From positions 10,557 to 74,556 of IMG/VR virus record IMGVR_UViG_3300045988_119787: a stretch of 64,000 nucleotides of DNA; one strand, 5' to 3'. The notes under the pieces were generated by a model. It was not told where the DNA came from, ran no database searches, and saw nothing but the letters and a program-made list of their open reading frames with translations. Positions 47,898 to 57,525 of the stretch are shown one piece after another. The position numbers and the translations under genes were made by a program. Within the stretch, counting starts at the first letter, position 1. Every line of letters begins with the position of its first letter. Source of the stretch: a virus.

Positions 47898-48059
47898 TCA
47901 AAACGCAATTCTATAGTCTTTACCTTTCAAAGTAGGTCTCTTTTTGAGGATGAACTTTGTTAAATCTTCAAAATCTATCGGGAAGAGTGCGCAATATTTA
48001 TACTTTAATGTGCAGATGAATCTTCCGTTGAGCATAACATCAAATACAAATGTCTTCAT
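47898..48059 (-). CDS. Small hypothetical protein (53 aa, below cutoff)
   Basis: Hand translation gives MKTFVFDVMLNGRFICTLKYKYCALFPIDFEDLTKFILKKRPTLKGKDYRIAF*. Confidence 0.3.
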   Translation of the reverse strand: MKTFVFDVMLNGRFICTLKYKYCALFPIDFEDLTKFILKKRPTLKGKDYRIAF

Positions 48060-48073
48060 TGCTTACATCCTCA

Positions 48074-48511
48074 TTAATTCTTAAAGATTTCATCAAGAAT
48101 ACTTCTGAAATTTGGATTATCAATTACAGCTTGTGCATCTTCTTCGTTTCGAAAATAGACGCAGCCATAATCTGCTTCTAATCTAGAATCCACTAACAAA
48201 CGTCCGGGTCTGTAAGGCTTTACGATAAAGTATTTCTTTTCTCCTACATTACCCCAGTCTGGCTTCCAATCACCGTTATAATAACTAGCGATGTTCATGA
48301 GCTTGTTTATTGCATCTAGCTTATTCTGACTCTTTATGAAAAGAGTCACTTCAGAACAACAATCTTTCGCTAATAGGGTAGACCACACATCGTTATAATT
48401 GATTAATTTCTTTTTGAACATTATAACGCCAGCCTTCAAGTCGCTTTTCTCAACATCTATCTCCATTCCTATAGGAATATTAATAGTTATCTTTTTGCCT
48501 ATGATTTCCAT
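48074..48511 (-). CDS. Hypothetical protein
   Basis: 145-aa ORF. Confidence 0.5.
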   Translation of the reverse strand: MEIIGKKITINIPIGMEIDVEKSDLKAGVIMFKKKLINYNDVWSTLLAKDCCSEVTLFIKSQNKLDAINKLMNIASYYNGDWKPDWGNVGEKKYFIVKPYRPGRLLVDSRLEADYGCVYFRNEEDAQAVIDNPNFRSILDEIFKN

Positions 48512-48513
48512 AA

Positions 48514-48897
48514 TTATCCCTCCTCGTTAATTCCATACTCCTGCTTGAGTTTCTTAACTTCGCTAATAAACATGCCGACATTATCGCACTCTATAACTTT
48601 CATGTGATGCTTACGGGCATCCTCGATAAGATGAGTGCATTCTTCCGTGAAACCGCAGATACGGTCACCTTCGGTGGTGAAGAGATAACGGTTTGTGTTG
48701 AAGTAGGCGCACTGGCATAGATTAAAACCTTGCTCTTCCAATGCCTTTCTTGCGGTAAAGTCATTGAAGCGAAGGACGATCAGCTTACCTTGGCTTGAAT
48801 AATATTTATTATACTTGATACGGTCGTATACTACGACTGCTATTGCTGCCAGCCACAAGACTGCCAGCGTGATAACTGTGATGTTATTTGCATTCAT
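48514..48897 (-). CDS. Membrane-anchored hypothetical protein
   Basis: Trimmed to ATG 48897 (MNANNITVITLAVLWLAAIAVVVY) to avoid overlap with the upstream gene. Confidence 0.5.
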   Translation of the reverse strand: MNANNITVITLAVLWLAAIAVVVYDRIKYNKYYSSQGKLIVLRFNDFTARKALEEQGFNLCQCAYFNTNRYLFTTEGDRICGFTEECTHLIEDARKHHMKVIECDNVGMFISEVKKLKQEYGINEEG

Positions 48898-48925
48898 GAT
48901 TTCTTCGTTTTTCTGTTTAACTATT

Positions 48926-49642
48926 CTATTGTTGTTTACGTAGGTCCTTGCGATAGAACTTCTTTTCTGCCACCTTTCTCTCTTCTTCATCCTTGTAGAG
49001 CACCTGATTAACATCATGCTTGCTCATATCTACGGTGTGAATGCGATGAGTGGATTGGTCAAGGTTGTTCTTCTCGCAATAAATCTTCCAAGCTTCCATG
49101 CCATGCGGCTTCTTGGAGTCTTCGGCTGCCTTTCTTGCCTCTTCCTGCTTCTTGCGCTCGTCCTCTATCCTGCCACGCTCTGCCAGCAGGTCTTTTTGGT
49201 AGGAATCGAGCGCAATGATTATCTCCTGTGGATTGATGGTAGTGTTGTTTTCTCCGTGCTTGTGCTGATAGATCTTGCCATAATCACCCTGCATGAAGGA
49301 GATAAATGCGTAGTCGAGTTCGGCGGTGGTCCAATAGAAGTATTTGGCGCAGATTCTTGTAGCAAGCATCTGTATTTGGAACTCAGTAACGATGTCGAAG
49401 ACTCCAAGAAAGGTGAAGAGTTCTATCAGTCTGCCCTTGACCCATCCGACCAGAGAGCGTAGCCCACCCTGCTTCTGAATGTCGAGCAAGGTGGTTTTAC
49501 TCTTTGTGATAGCATCTGTGTAGGAGACTGGGCGAACGTAACCCGGCTTATCCTTGATAATCGGAACCAAGGATTCTTGCTGCCTTGGCTGTGAGGTTGA
49601 TAGCTCGTTGTTGTTCATGATTCTGTACTGGATAAATTTCAT
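48926..49642 (-). CDS. Hypothetical replication-region protein
   Basis: ORF 48926-49705 trimmed to internal ATG 49642. Still overlaps the upstream gene. Confidence 0.45.
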   Translation of the reverse strand: MKFIQYRIMNNNELSTSQPRQQESLVPIIKDKPGYVRPVSYTDAITKSKTTLLDIQKQGGLRSLVGWVKGRLIELFTFLGVFDIVTEFQIQMLATRICAKYFYWTTAELDYAFISFMQGDYGKIYQHKHGENNTTINPQEIIIALDSYQKDLLAERGRIEDERKKQEEARKAAEDSKKPHGMEAWKIYCEKNNLDQSTHRIHTVDMSKHDVNQVLYKDEEERKVAEKKFYRKDLRKQQ

Positions 49643-50063
49643 CTTCCCATCTTGCTCCGTTGAGATAAGTAAGTGGGTGCATTCTGTATTGTTTTCTGGT
49701 TCCATCTGATGTGAAACCTGGAATAACCGTGTTTGCTACATAAGCAGGAACGGCTCTCATGCAGGCTACCTTCTCTTTCTGCTTTAGCTTATTCCACTTC
49801 TCTTCGGCTTTTTTGCGCCCCTTCTTGTAGGCATAGGCGTCCCAAAAGTCTTGGAAGGTTGGAACGATGATGCCATCTTCTATAGGAACCGTTATCTGCA
49901 AGTCCACGGTCTCCACCTCGTTCTCTTTCGGGAACATCGGCTTCTCCTTGTAATACTTGCCGGTTGCCATGAATCTTGCGCCATTCACGAATGCTTCACG
50001 CAAGGCTTCGTTGTCGGGGGCATATCTGTTTGCCTCGGCATGGATTTCCTTTAATGTTTTCAT
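49548..50063 (-). CDS. Possible replisome-organizer/DnaD-related protein
   Basis: C-terminus FQDFWDAYAYKKGRKKAEEKWNKL...HPLTYLNGARWEDE resembles phage replication-organizer N-domains. Confidence 0.35.
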   Translation of the reverse strand: MKTLKEIHAEANRYAPDNEALREAFVNGARFMATGKYYKEKPMFPKENEVETVDLQITVPIEDGIIVPTFQDFWDAYAYKKGRKKAEEKWNKLKQKEKVACMRAVPAYVANTVIPGFTSDGTRKQYRMHPLTYLNGARWEDEIYPVQNHEQQRAINLTAKAARILGSDYQG

Positions 50064-50083
50064 AAGCTTTCAAGTTTAAATTT

Positions 50084-50512
50084 TTATACCCAACCATCTG
50101 CACTTTCCAGTTCCTTCTTGCAGTAAGCCAAGCCAACCTTGTCGTCAATTTCCGGAATAGGTGTTCCGTTCATGCCAGCAAAGTCGAGAAAGTTGCGGAT
50201 AACGCTGCTTGCTTCTGCTGTAGTAAGGGAAGAAAGCGGCTTAAAGACATCGTTGCCCTGCTTGTCTTTCTCTCCGGTATAGAAAGGTACCGGCGCTATG
50301 TGAAGCTGAATCTTATGCAAAGTATCATAGAAGGTTTCCCCATTCTTCCATGCCCAATAGCTGATCATGAAGTGGATATATCGGGCTTGCTTGTCAGATT
50401 GCTGAGGATGGAACTTCTTTACTTCGATAACCTGCTTGTTGTCCTTGTATCTTTCAATGTCTTTGAAGAAACGCAGATAGTCGTTTGGATTGTTGAGATT
50501 GTATACACTCAT
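50084..50512 (-). CDS. Hypothetical protein (weak NinB/Orf-like resemblance)
   Basis: 142 aa. QQSDKQARYIHFMISYWA is loosely like the NinB RSxxQN segment. Confidence 0.3.
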   Translation of the reverse strand: MSVYNLNNPNDYLRFFKDIERYKDNKQVIEVKKFHPQQSDKQARYIHFMISYWAWKNGETFYDTLHKIQLHIAPVPFYTGEKDKQGNDVFKPLSSLTTAEASSVIRNFLDFAGMNGTPIPEIDDKVGLAYCKKELESADGWV

Positions 50513-50526
50513 ATTTATTCTTATAA

Positions 50527-51243
50527 TTACGTTAGATTTACTACAAGTCCTGCCTTGGCGTAATAGGTTGGAACGCCTAGAACTTGCTGGAACTTACTTA
50601 CTGCTGCATTCGGGATGAGGTGTCGGGCAGAACCGTGGATGAGGATGATTTTGCGGGCACAGTGCTCTACGTCACAGTCATGCAGCCAAGAAATGGCGTG
50701 CTCCATACTCATGTGGGATAACCGAATGCGGTCCGCTTGTCTTTTAGGAGTTAAGCCATCTGCTGTAGCCTTGTCTAGCATACTGTCCGAATAGTTGCAC
50801 TCTGCAAGATAGGTTTTGCAACCTCTGATAACAAAATTCAGATTGTAGCAATCCGTAGCAAAGAAGATGGTGCCATAGGATGATTCATGAATCAGATACC
50901 CGAAGTTTTTTGCGTCATGCTCTACTGGGAATGGGGTTACACCAAACTTTCCAAAACGGAAAGTGATGTTCTCATACATCGTATCAACACCCGGATATTT
51001 CTCTGCCACTTCATCGTTTGAAGAAACATTGATTCCTGCCCTCAGATATTCGGGAATGTGCTTGGCATGATCGCCATGAACGTGGCTTATAATGCACCCT
51101 ACCACCTTGCTCGTCTTGTACCCGATAGCCTTTTTCACCTCTTTCAAGGGTACGCCTGCTTCAATCAGCAGGATTTCTCCCGAATCTGATTGAAGGGCAT
51201 ACGAATTGCCTTGCGATGAAGAACCGATAATGATTAGCTTCAT
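50527..51243 (-). CDS. Metallo-beta-lactamase-fold hydrolase
   Basis: Start at ATG 51243 (MKLIIIGSSSQGNSY). HxHxDH motif IISHVHGDHAKH. Confidence 0.7.
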   Translation of the reverse strand: MKLIIIGSSSQGNSYALQSDSGEILLIEAGVPLKEVKKAIGYKTSKVVGCIISHVHGDHAKHIPEYLRAGINVSSNDEVAEKYPGVDTMYENITFRFGKFGVTPFPVEHDAKNFGYLIHESSYGTIFFATDCYNLNFVIRGCKTYLAECNYSDSMLDKATADGLTPKRQADRIRLSHMSMEHAISWLHDCDVEHCARKIILIHGSARHLIPNAAVSKFQQVLGVPTYYAKAGLVVNLT

Positions 51244-51244
51244 A

Positions 51245-51484
51245 CTACAACAAGTTAAGGCTAATAGCAGTACGTCTCTTAAAATCAAGATTCATATCTG
51301 CCATACGATACTCCAGAGCTTCAAGGTAGGTGGTCATGCCTACCGACTGCTTCACCATTAGCTTATACTGGTACTCGCCAACTTTCTGCAAGAAACCTTC
51401 CTTTTTCAAGGCAGCGTTCAACTTGCTTAAACGCTCTACTAGCTCATCGTGCTCTTCGCACATTCTTTTCTGAAAATCTTCCAT
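51245..51484 (-). CDS. Hypothetical protein
   Basis: Trimmed to ATG 51484 (MEDFQKRMCEEHDELVERLSKL...), just after the upstream stop at 51489. Confidence 0.45.
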   Translation of the reverse strand: MEDFQKRMCEEHDELVERLSKLNAALKKEGFLQKVGEYQYKLMVKQSVGMTTYLEALEYRMADMNLDFKRRTAISLNLL

Positions 51485-51488
51485 ATTA

Positions 51489-51974
51489 TTAATCTTTTTT
51501 CGGTTTAATACCCCAAGCAATACATCCAAATCTAACGTCTGTGTCAATATTTGAACCATTAAATACAATCGCGTCTCCTCCAATAGATGTTAGGGTAATA
51601 CCGATTGGTAATGAAGGATAGAGATATAGCGGAATCAAACGAAGTCCAAGAGTATTTTTCTCGTTGGCAACCTTTTTATCAAATTCATCCTTTGTAAGAT
51701 GCCCCTTGTCTAATGCAGATTGTAAGCAAGAAATTTCTTCCTCAATATCTTCCTCAGATTGCCAACGTCCAAAGTGCAAAGCTTTACATTGACTTTCCGT
51801 AAGAGTATTCCAATCAATGTCTTTCTTAAACTGTTCTTGAACTTTTTGCCAAGCATCATTGAGACTTTTGTTTTTATAATCTTCATCCCAATGATATACC
51901 TGAATGCATGCAATTTGATTTGCAAGCCATTTCAAAGTATTGTTAACCTTTTCTTCTAATGAAATTTGTTTCAT
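51489..51974 (-). CDS. Hypothetical protein
   Basis: 161-aa ORF. Confidence 0.5.
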   Translation of the reverse strand: MKQISLEEKVNNTLKWLANQIACIQVYHWDEDYKNKSLNDAWQKVQEQFKKDIDWNTLTESQCKALHFGRWQSEEDIEEEISCLQSALDKGHLTKDEFDKKVANEKNTLGLRLIPLYLYPSLPIGITLTSIGGDAIVFNGSNIDTDVRFGCIAWGIKPKKD

Positions 51975-51988
51975 ATTATTAAATAATA

Positions 51989-52003
51989 TTATGCCCGAAG
52001 GCG
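51989..52003 (-). repeat. Intercistronic cUUCGg hairpin element, copy 2
   Basis: Plus strand ttatgcccgaaggcg, identical to 47105-47119. Lies between the RecT stop and the next ATG. Confidence 0.5.
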
Positions 52004-52009
52004 TTCTTA

Positions 52010-52939
52010 CTAGATCAATTTACGATGTGATGATGCTGGTGCGGCTGCTGAAGAAGCAGCGATGACAGGCTGAGCGTTGCTTTCACCTGCCGGCTGATCA
52101 ATCTCACCAGTCTCAGCATCAACCACGATTACCTTCTTATCCTCAGCAAATTCCTCGTCTCGCTGCTGCTCAGCAGATGGAGCTTCGTCAATGTTGAGAA
52201 TATCATTGTTCTCAATGGAAAGCTCACCCCACTTGGAGAGGAGTCTTCTCAGCACGGTCTTCAATGCCATACTCTCGAAGTTGGAATACCAGCCCACTCC
52301 ATCGCTTACTCCCGATGCAGCCTGCTTTAATGCCAAATTCTTCAAGGTTTCCGATGTAACACTGTCCTTAAACTTGACGGTAGGGCTATACTGCTTGGCG
52401 TAAAGGCAAACTTCATCGAGCGACATGTAGAGAAGCTTGGAAAATCCGTTCTTCATCTTCATGTATGCAAAGTATCCGATTGGCACATTTGATGTGCGAA
52501 TACCCGACAAGTCGAGATTACCGGTCACCTTGTCATAGCCTTTCAGCTCGCCCTCATACACCACATCAGAGTTGATGGTCTCGTATTTACCAGTTCGCAT
52601 TGCCAACTGGAGATAGCCCTTTGTACCCACCACGAGCGTAGGAGTCAATACTCCATGATTCTTGAAAGGCAGGATATAACACTGACCCAACTGCTTGTTG
52701 AGCGGAAGATGCAGGGATGCTGCTTTCAGAGCTTCTGCCATCAAAGCATTCGGGTTGCACTGGAGAAGGCTTTCGTCCGATGTGGCAAGCTCCATCAAGC
52801 TTGTTGTGAAAGTTCCCTTATTCTCCTTCAATGTGTTCTGCAACAAGGTCTGGTAATAGCTGTTGTTCATTACCGCCTGAAAGTTCTTTACTGCCAGCGC
52901 CTTCTGTGAAGGCTGCTTTGCTACTGCTGTTTCTGCCAT
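52010..52939 (-). CDS. recT: RecT-family single-strand annealing protein
   Basis: LLQCNPNALMAEALKAASLHLPLNKQLGQCYILPF...VVGTKGYLQLAMRTGKY matches the RecT core. Confidence 0.75.
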   Translation of the reverse strand: MAETAVAKQPSQKALAVKNFQAVMNNSYYQTLLQNTLKENKGTFTTSLMELATSDESLLQCNPNALMAEALKAASLHLPLNKQLGQCYILPFKNHGVLTPTLVVGTKGYLQLAMRTGKYETINSDVVYEGELKGYDKVTGNLDLSGIRTSNVPIGYFAYMKMKNGFSKLLYMSLDEVCLYAKQYSPTVKFKDSVTSETLKNLALKQAASGVSDGVGWYSNFESMALKTVLRRLLSKWGELSIENNDILNIDEAPSAEQQRDEEFAEDKKVIVVDAETGEIDQPAGESNAQPVIAASSAAAPASSHRKLI

Positions 52940-52994
52940 GATTGTAAATTTATTTTTTTATTTACTAAAGTATTACACATTATTTACTAAAGTA

Positions 52995-55022
52995 TTATTC
53001 CATAACCGCAAGGGATGGATATTCAAACTTCAACTCGTCGTCTGTTGTCACGTTCAACCGAATCTGCTGACCGCCATGATACAGTGGTCTGTTCACGCTC
53101 TCGCATTCATCGAGCAGCATTGGAACTGAGATTTCATTGTATCTTGCGAAGGTGTAGGCGATGTCGATTCCAGCATTCACCTTTGCAGCGGTGTTGAGTC
53201 GGCTGTAAGGTACACCAACATGGTAGCACTCGCAGAACGGCTTCTTCTCTCCATCAAGCGTAGTCTTGAACAAACTCCACTTCACATAAGCGAAATGTCC
53301 GTTTACCCGGTCTTCGAGCAACTGACAAGATTTCTGATTGTATTCGTTTGCGATGTCAAGTTCCTCATCGAGTGCGTCAAGCTGAGTCTGATAGGTCTCC
53401 TTATCCTTGTTTATATCCTCAATGCGGGTGCTGATACGGTCAAACGTTTCCTTTGTCGCAAGGAGTTCCAACACCTCATTGTATCTGATTCCGATAGGCT
53501 CACGCTCCTTTTCGAGTTCGGCTAGCATCTTGGCGGTTTCTTCCGAACTGGTCTCGGATGGCTTGTCGAGTTCTGCCTGCAAGTCTGCAAGTTCCTTCAC
53601 GACCTGCTGATATTCTTCCTTCTTGGCAAGAATCTGCTCGTAGGTATCCGGAACCTCAGCATCAACCTCCAGCTTGTGATATTCAGCTTCTTTGAGAACC
53701 TTGTGAGCTTCCACTAACTGGTTGGTAGTTATCTTGCGCTCCTCGTCGGTCTTCTCCAGCAGATTCTTCAACTCCGTATAGGTGTGCTGAAGCTTGGTGA
53801 AGTCTTCATCAAGAGCCTTCAAATCGTCAGCCTTTCTGTCATTGAAGCGCTTCTCTGATTCATTCTTGATTCTCTCAACGTCTTCTGCAGGGAGAGCCTG
53901 ACCGCAATGCGGACAAATTCCGTCTTCTGCGTTCCAAACCCATGAGCGTTTTGTGGCATCATCTATCTTGTCGTTGATTTCATCTGCCTTCTTCTCGCAT
54001 TCTTCCTTCTGCTGCTTGGCGTGTATATCGGTCTCGGTGTAACCGCTCATCTTCTGTTTCAGATCGTCCACTGTGCTCTGAGCCTTCTTGACGGCAACGT
54101 CCGATGTGATCACGTCACTCTGATGCTTGGTAGCCTGCTCGGTGGCGAGATTCATGGCTCCCTGCTCCATATTGTGCTTGCGCTTCTCGGCAAATTCTAT
54201 TTTCTTACGGATTCCATCAAGTCTTACCTTGTCAGCACCGCCAGTGCGAATGTCCTGAATCTTGTTGGCAAGGTCCACCAGCTTTACGTTGAGCTGGGTC
54301 TTCTCGTCAGTCAATGCTTCCCAGTCCTGCGCTTCGGGCAGTGACTTATTCAGCTCTTCCAAGCGGATAGGCACGGCATCCAACTGCTCCTGCACCTCCT
54401 TGCGCTTGTACTTGATGTGGTGGACCAGCTTGTCAATATCCTGCTTCTTCAAGGCTTCAACAACAAAATCATATTTGCTGTTGCCTTCCGTAATATCCTC
54501 GGTGGTAATATCGCCTACAAGTGCCTGCAACTTATTGCGCTGCTCCTGCCATGTGCGGTAAACGAAATCCTTTGTTGACGAGCAGAGACGGAAAACGTCT
54601 TCCGGACAGATAGCATCCACCGCTTTCTTATACTCGCCAGCAGTAACAACTTCATCATTCACATAATACTTGAAGGTGTTTCTGCACTCGTCGCCCTTCC
54701 ATGAATCCGTGAGTGTACGCTTCAAGATGATTACTTGATTTGAAGCTCCTTCGCTTTCAGTGCAGTGGACTCTAACAGTAAGCTCCACCTCATGAGGAAT
54801 CTCCTTGATGATGTTGTGGTCCTTGTCGAATGTCTTGATGTCGAGCGAATTGCCGCTGATGTCCTTGCCGAAGAGCGCATACATGATAGCGTTGACTATC
54901 GTACTCTTTCCTAATCCGTTTTTGCCCGATATGACGGTGATGTCTTCACAGAACTCATATTCCGCATTGCGGATTCCGCAAAAGTTGAGAAGTCTAAGCT
55001 TCTTGAACTGGATTTTCTTCAT
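52995..55022 (-). CDS. SMC/Rad50/SbcC-like ABC ATPase with CxxC hook
   Basis: Walker A GKNGLGKST. Long coiled coil with central CPHCGQ. Walker B/D-loop PMLLDECESV. Confidence 0.7.
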   Translation of the reverse strand: MKKIQFKKLRLLNFCGIRNAEYEFCEDITVISGKNGLGKSTIVNAIMYALFGKDISGNSLDIKTFDKDHNIIKEIPHEVELTVRVHCTESEGASNQVIILKRTLTDSWKGDECRNTFKYYVNDEVVTAGEYKKAVDAICPEDVFRLCSSTKDFVYRTWQEQRNKLQALVGDITTEDITEGNSKYDFVVEALKKQDIDKLVHHIKYKRKEVQEQLDAVPIRLEELNKSLPEAQDWEALTDEKTQLNVKLVDLANKIQDIRTGGADKVRLDGIRKKIEFAEKRKHNMEQGAMNLATEQATKHQSDVITSDVAVKKAQSTVDDLKQKMSGYTETDIHAKQQKEECEKKADEINDKIDDATKRSWVWNAEDGICPHCGQALPAEDVERIKNESEKRFNDRKADDLKALDEDFTKLQHTYTELKNLLEKTDEERKITTNQLVEAHKVLKEAEYHKLEVDAEVPDTYEQILAKKEEYQQVVKELADLQAELDKPSETSSEETAKMLAELEKEREPIGIRYNEVLELLATKETFDRISTRIEDINKDKETYQTQLDALDEELDIANEYNQKSCQLLEDRVNGHFAYVKWSLFKTTLDGEKKPFCECYHVGVPYSRLNTAAKVNAGIDIAYTFARYNEISVPMLLDECESVNRPLYHGGQQIRLNVTTDDELKFEYPSLAVME

Positions 55023-55308
55023 CTTTATTTTCTTTTATATTTTCTTTTTCTCTTAACTCCTTATCGTACTGTTCGAATGCCATTGCTGTAGCGTAAGTGA
55101 ATTGGTCGCTGTTGCGCATGGCGTTCAAGATAAGGTTTTTCAGGTCTTCGGGTGACGCATGAAGGAAGGAGTAAGCCTTCGGAACGTTTCTGTCACCCAT
55201 CAAGACAATGCACCGGAAGTGCTTGGAGTTGTCTCCTGCCTTATCAACTTCATCAAGTTCCTTCTTGATTCGGTTGAAGTGATTCTGTCTGATGTTCTTG
55301 TTGCTCAT
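54994..55308 (-). CDS. Hypothetical protein
   Basis: 104-aa ORF. Confidence 0.45.
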   Translation of the reverse strand: MSNKNIRQNHFNRIKKELDEVDKAGDNSKHFRCIVLMGDRNVPKAYSFLHASPEDLKNLILNAMRNSDQFTYATAMAFEQYDKELREKENIKENKDEENPVQEA

Positions 55309-55504
55309 TGTCGTTTATGTTTATTAAAATATCATTTAGCGTTCTGTTGTACTTTATCTTTCCTGCCTTGAACAGACGGGAAATAATAGAAGACACGTCC
55401 TGCTGTATTGCCAGCTTCAACCTTGTATAAAGCACTCCGCTGGGCTTGTGGTGTTCATCGGGCATCATTTCTCTGATTTTACCGATGATATACTGCTCGT
55501 CCAT
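55253..55504 (-). CDS. Hypothetical protein
   Basis: 83-aa ORF. Confidence 0.45.
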   Translation of the reverse strand: MDEQYIIGKIREMMPDEHHKPSGVLYTRLKLAIQQDVSSIISRLFKAGKIKYNRTLNDILININDNEQQEHQTESLQPNQEGT

Positions 55505-55507
55505 AAG

Positions 55508-56020
55508 CTAATCGGTAGAGCCTAGACCGCTGCGAGTTCCGTTGACTGGTCCTGCTTCCAGGTTAGTGTCGGGGGCATAAGTAAAAGCGCCTTGGCAGAT
55601 GCGTGAGCCAGAAGCAATATAGAACTTGAAGCCAAGCAGTCGCATGATGCGGTGCTTCAATTTCCATCTGCCCGACTTGACAATAGCATGGGCTTCTTCG
55701 CCATAGCCGCAATCCACCAACCCGACTACCTCGTCAAGGTTTTCTCTTACCTTGCCTAAGTAATCATGCCCTAGCCATTTCGGGAAATATACTTCCAGTA
55801 GCATTCCCTTGCCCGACTGTCCGCTTCTTGGTTGAATCAGCATCTTCATGTTGGAAGGAAGCTGTATTCTGAAACCAAGCGGAACAAAGAAACGGCTGTG
55901 AGGATAGACCTCAACACTCTGTCGAACAAAGAAATCATAAGCTGCAACTGTAGGATGCGCTTTTGTCGGGAAGCAGTAAAGTTCTGCATCCACATTAATT
56001 CTTGTGCCTAATTTACTCAT
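55508..56020 (-). CDS. dut: Trimeric-type dUTPase with an insertion between motifs II and III
   Basis: Motif I AAYDFF, II QPRSGQS, III GLVDCGYGEE, IV RICQGAF, V TRSGLGSTD. Insertion is roughly GKGMLLEVYFPKWLGHDYLGKVRENLDEV. Confidence 0.6.
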   Translation of the reverse strand: MSKLGTRINVDAELYCFPTKAHPTVAAYDFFVRQSVEVYPHSRFFVPLGFRIQLPSNMKMLIQPRSGQSGKGMLLEVYFPKWLGHDYLGKVRENLDEVVGLVDCGYGEEAHAIVKSGRWKLKHRIMRLLGFKFYIASGSRICQGAFTYAPDTNLEAGPVNGTRSGLGSTD

Positions 56021-56040
56021 AATATATTATGTTTATTGAT

Positions 56041-56799
56041 TTATCTCTCGATTAGTGGCAATACGTTATGCTTCTTCAACTCCTCATACAGAAAGAGTCT
56101 TCCTTTCTGAGTCCACTTAGTGTGCATAACAGAGCCGGAAGAACCATCTTTGTGTTCAATGGGGATGGTATCTGACTGAACATAGCCATTGGGAAGGTAT
56201 TTTGCATAAAGAATCCACTGACCGCCAACCTTATGCTGAATGCCAAAGTTTCTGAGAAGAATATTGAATGCCTTTGCAGATTGTCCGTAGTCTTGCGCTA
56301 TCTGAGTAGTAGTTACGGTCTCCTTACTGGCAAGAATCTTATCAACATAGGTGACCTTTGGCTGCATGGTAGCGATTGTACCACTCAGTTCAACAATCTC
56401 CTTTGAACTGGCTTCAAGCATTTTCTCTTGCGCTTCAAGTTTCTCTGCTTGGTCTGCTGCCAGTCTCAATGCTTCAGCGAATGTTGTAGGTACCTTGATG
56501 AGGGATACTTCTTTGGTTTCCAGCTCTTCCCAGCGGAGAATCAGCTTTGCCCTTGCCTCATCGTTAAACTTGGTAGCGATGTACAAACATTCAGTCTTAT
56601 TCAGAACGTAGCAAGGTCTGCCTTGGTTGTTGGCATCCGTGTAAGTGCCGAGCGGAAATTTCCGTTGGGCTATTTTCTGCCAAGCTGGTTCCATTTTTCT
56701 GATAGCTTCAAGTACATCAGAGTGTCGCTTGCCGGTAACCTCAGCTATCTCTAGTGAGGTCATCGTTTCATTCTTAAAGATTTCACTTCCATTCGTCAT
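56041..56799 (-). CDS. Rha-family regulator / KilAC-domain antirepressor
   Basis: MTSLEIAEVTGKRHSDVLEAIRKME (Rha N-domain). C-terminus TTTQIAQDYGQSAKAFNILLRNFGIQHKVGGQW (KilAC-like). Confidence 0.7.
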   Translation of the reverse strand: MTNGSEIFKNETMTSLEIAEVTGKRHSDVLEAIRKMEPAWQKIAQRKFPLGTYTDANNQGRPCYVLNKTECLYIATKFNDEARAKLILRWEELETKEVSLIKVPTTFAEALRLAADQAEKLEAQEKMLEASSKEIVELSGTIATMQPKVTYVDKILASKETVTTTQIAQDYGQSAKAFNILLRNFGIQHKVGGQWILYAKYLPNGYVQSDTIPIEHKDGSSGSVMHTKWTQKGRLFLYEELKKHNVLPLIER

Positions 56800-57295
56800 A
56801 GTTCTTTTCTATTTTAAGTTTTTCTACTTCCTTCGTGTAGTAGTCTATGAGAGTCTGAAGTTCGAAGATTGAGTATTGTTTGGTGGAGTGCTTAGTGTTC
56901 TCCAGCCATTCCACGTTGTCTTCTCCCAGTTTCTTAACCAAGGCTTTGCGGTAGTCCAGCAGATTTCCATTCAGCATACGGTTACAGTAACGGCATTGTC
57001 CGAACACATTAGATTCGCAATACCGTAGTGACATCGAAGCTCTGCCGATGAAATGACCGGCATCCATCTGGCTGAACGGCTTGTATTTTCCACAAGATAT
57101 ACATCTGAATGCCCCTTGATTGTTTACATCACGGAGTCTTATGTATAACTGAAAGATTCTATCGAGCTTCTTCACCAAGGCTTGTTTGGATGGAATGCCC
57201 TTCGCCTTCTTCCTTTCTTGTTTCTTCTTGGCTTTATCCCAAGGAGTTTTCTTTATTGGAGTCCTTTTTAGGGGAGTTTTTCTTTTCAGAACCAT
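56783..57295 (-). CDS. ninG: NinG/Rap-like recombination endonuclease
   Basis: FRCISCGKYKPFSQMDAGHFIGRASMSLRYCESNVFGQCRYCN Cys/His pattern. Confidence 0.6.
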   Translation of the reverse strand: MVLKRKTPLKRTPIKKTPWDKAKKKQERKKAKGIPSKQALVKKLDRIFQLYIRLRDVNNQGAFRCISCGKYKPFSQMDAGHFIGRASMSLRYCESNVFGQCRYCNRMLNGNLLDYRKALVKKLGEDNVEWLENTKHSTKQYSIFELQTLIDYYTKEVEKLKIEKNYDEWK

Positions 57296-57305
57296 ACCTT
57301 ATTAT

Positions 57306-57497
57306 TTATAATGTATCATACTCGCCTTCCTCTCTTCCCATATCTGCTGAGAGATTCTTGATTCGAGAGTTAAGCATATTGATTTTTCGTAGACACAGCT
57401 CGAAGTGCCTTAGTGGGCACCACGGATTGTGCTCCAGTTCTTTATATATTTCGTTCACCCGATCTTGATAGGACTGGGTTGAGAATAATTTCAGCAT
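57306..57497 (-). CDS. Small hypothetical protein, first ORF after noncoding island
   Basis: 63-aa ORF. Confidence 0.4.
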   Translation of the reverse strand: MLKLFSTQSYQDRVNEIYKELEHNPWCPLRHFELCLRKINMLNSRIKNLSADMGREEGEYDTL

Positions 57498-57525
57498 ACG
57501 CTATTGTTTTTGAAGTTAAGATAAA

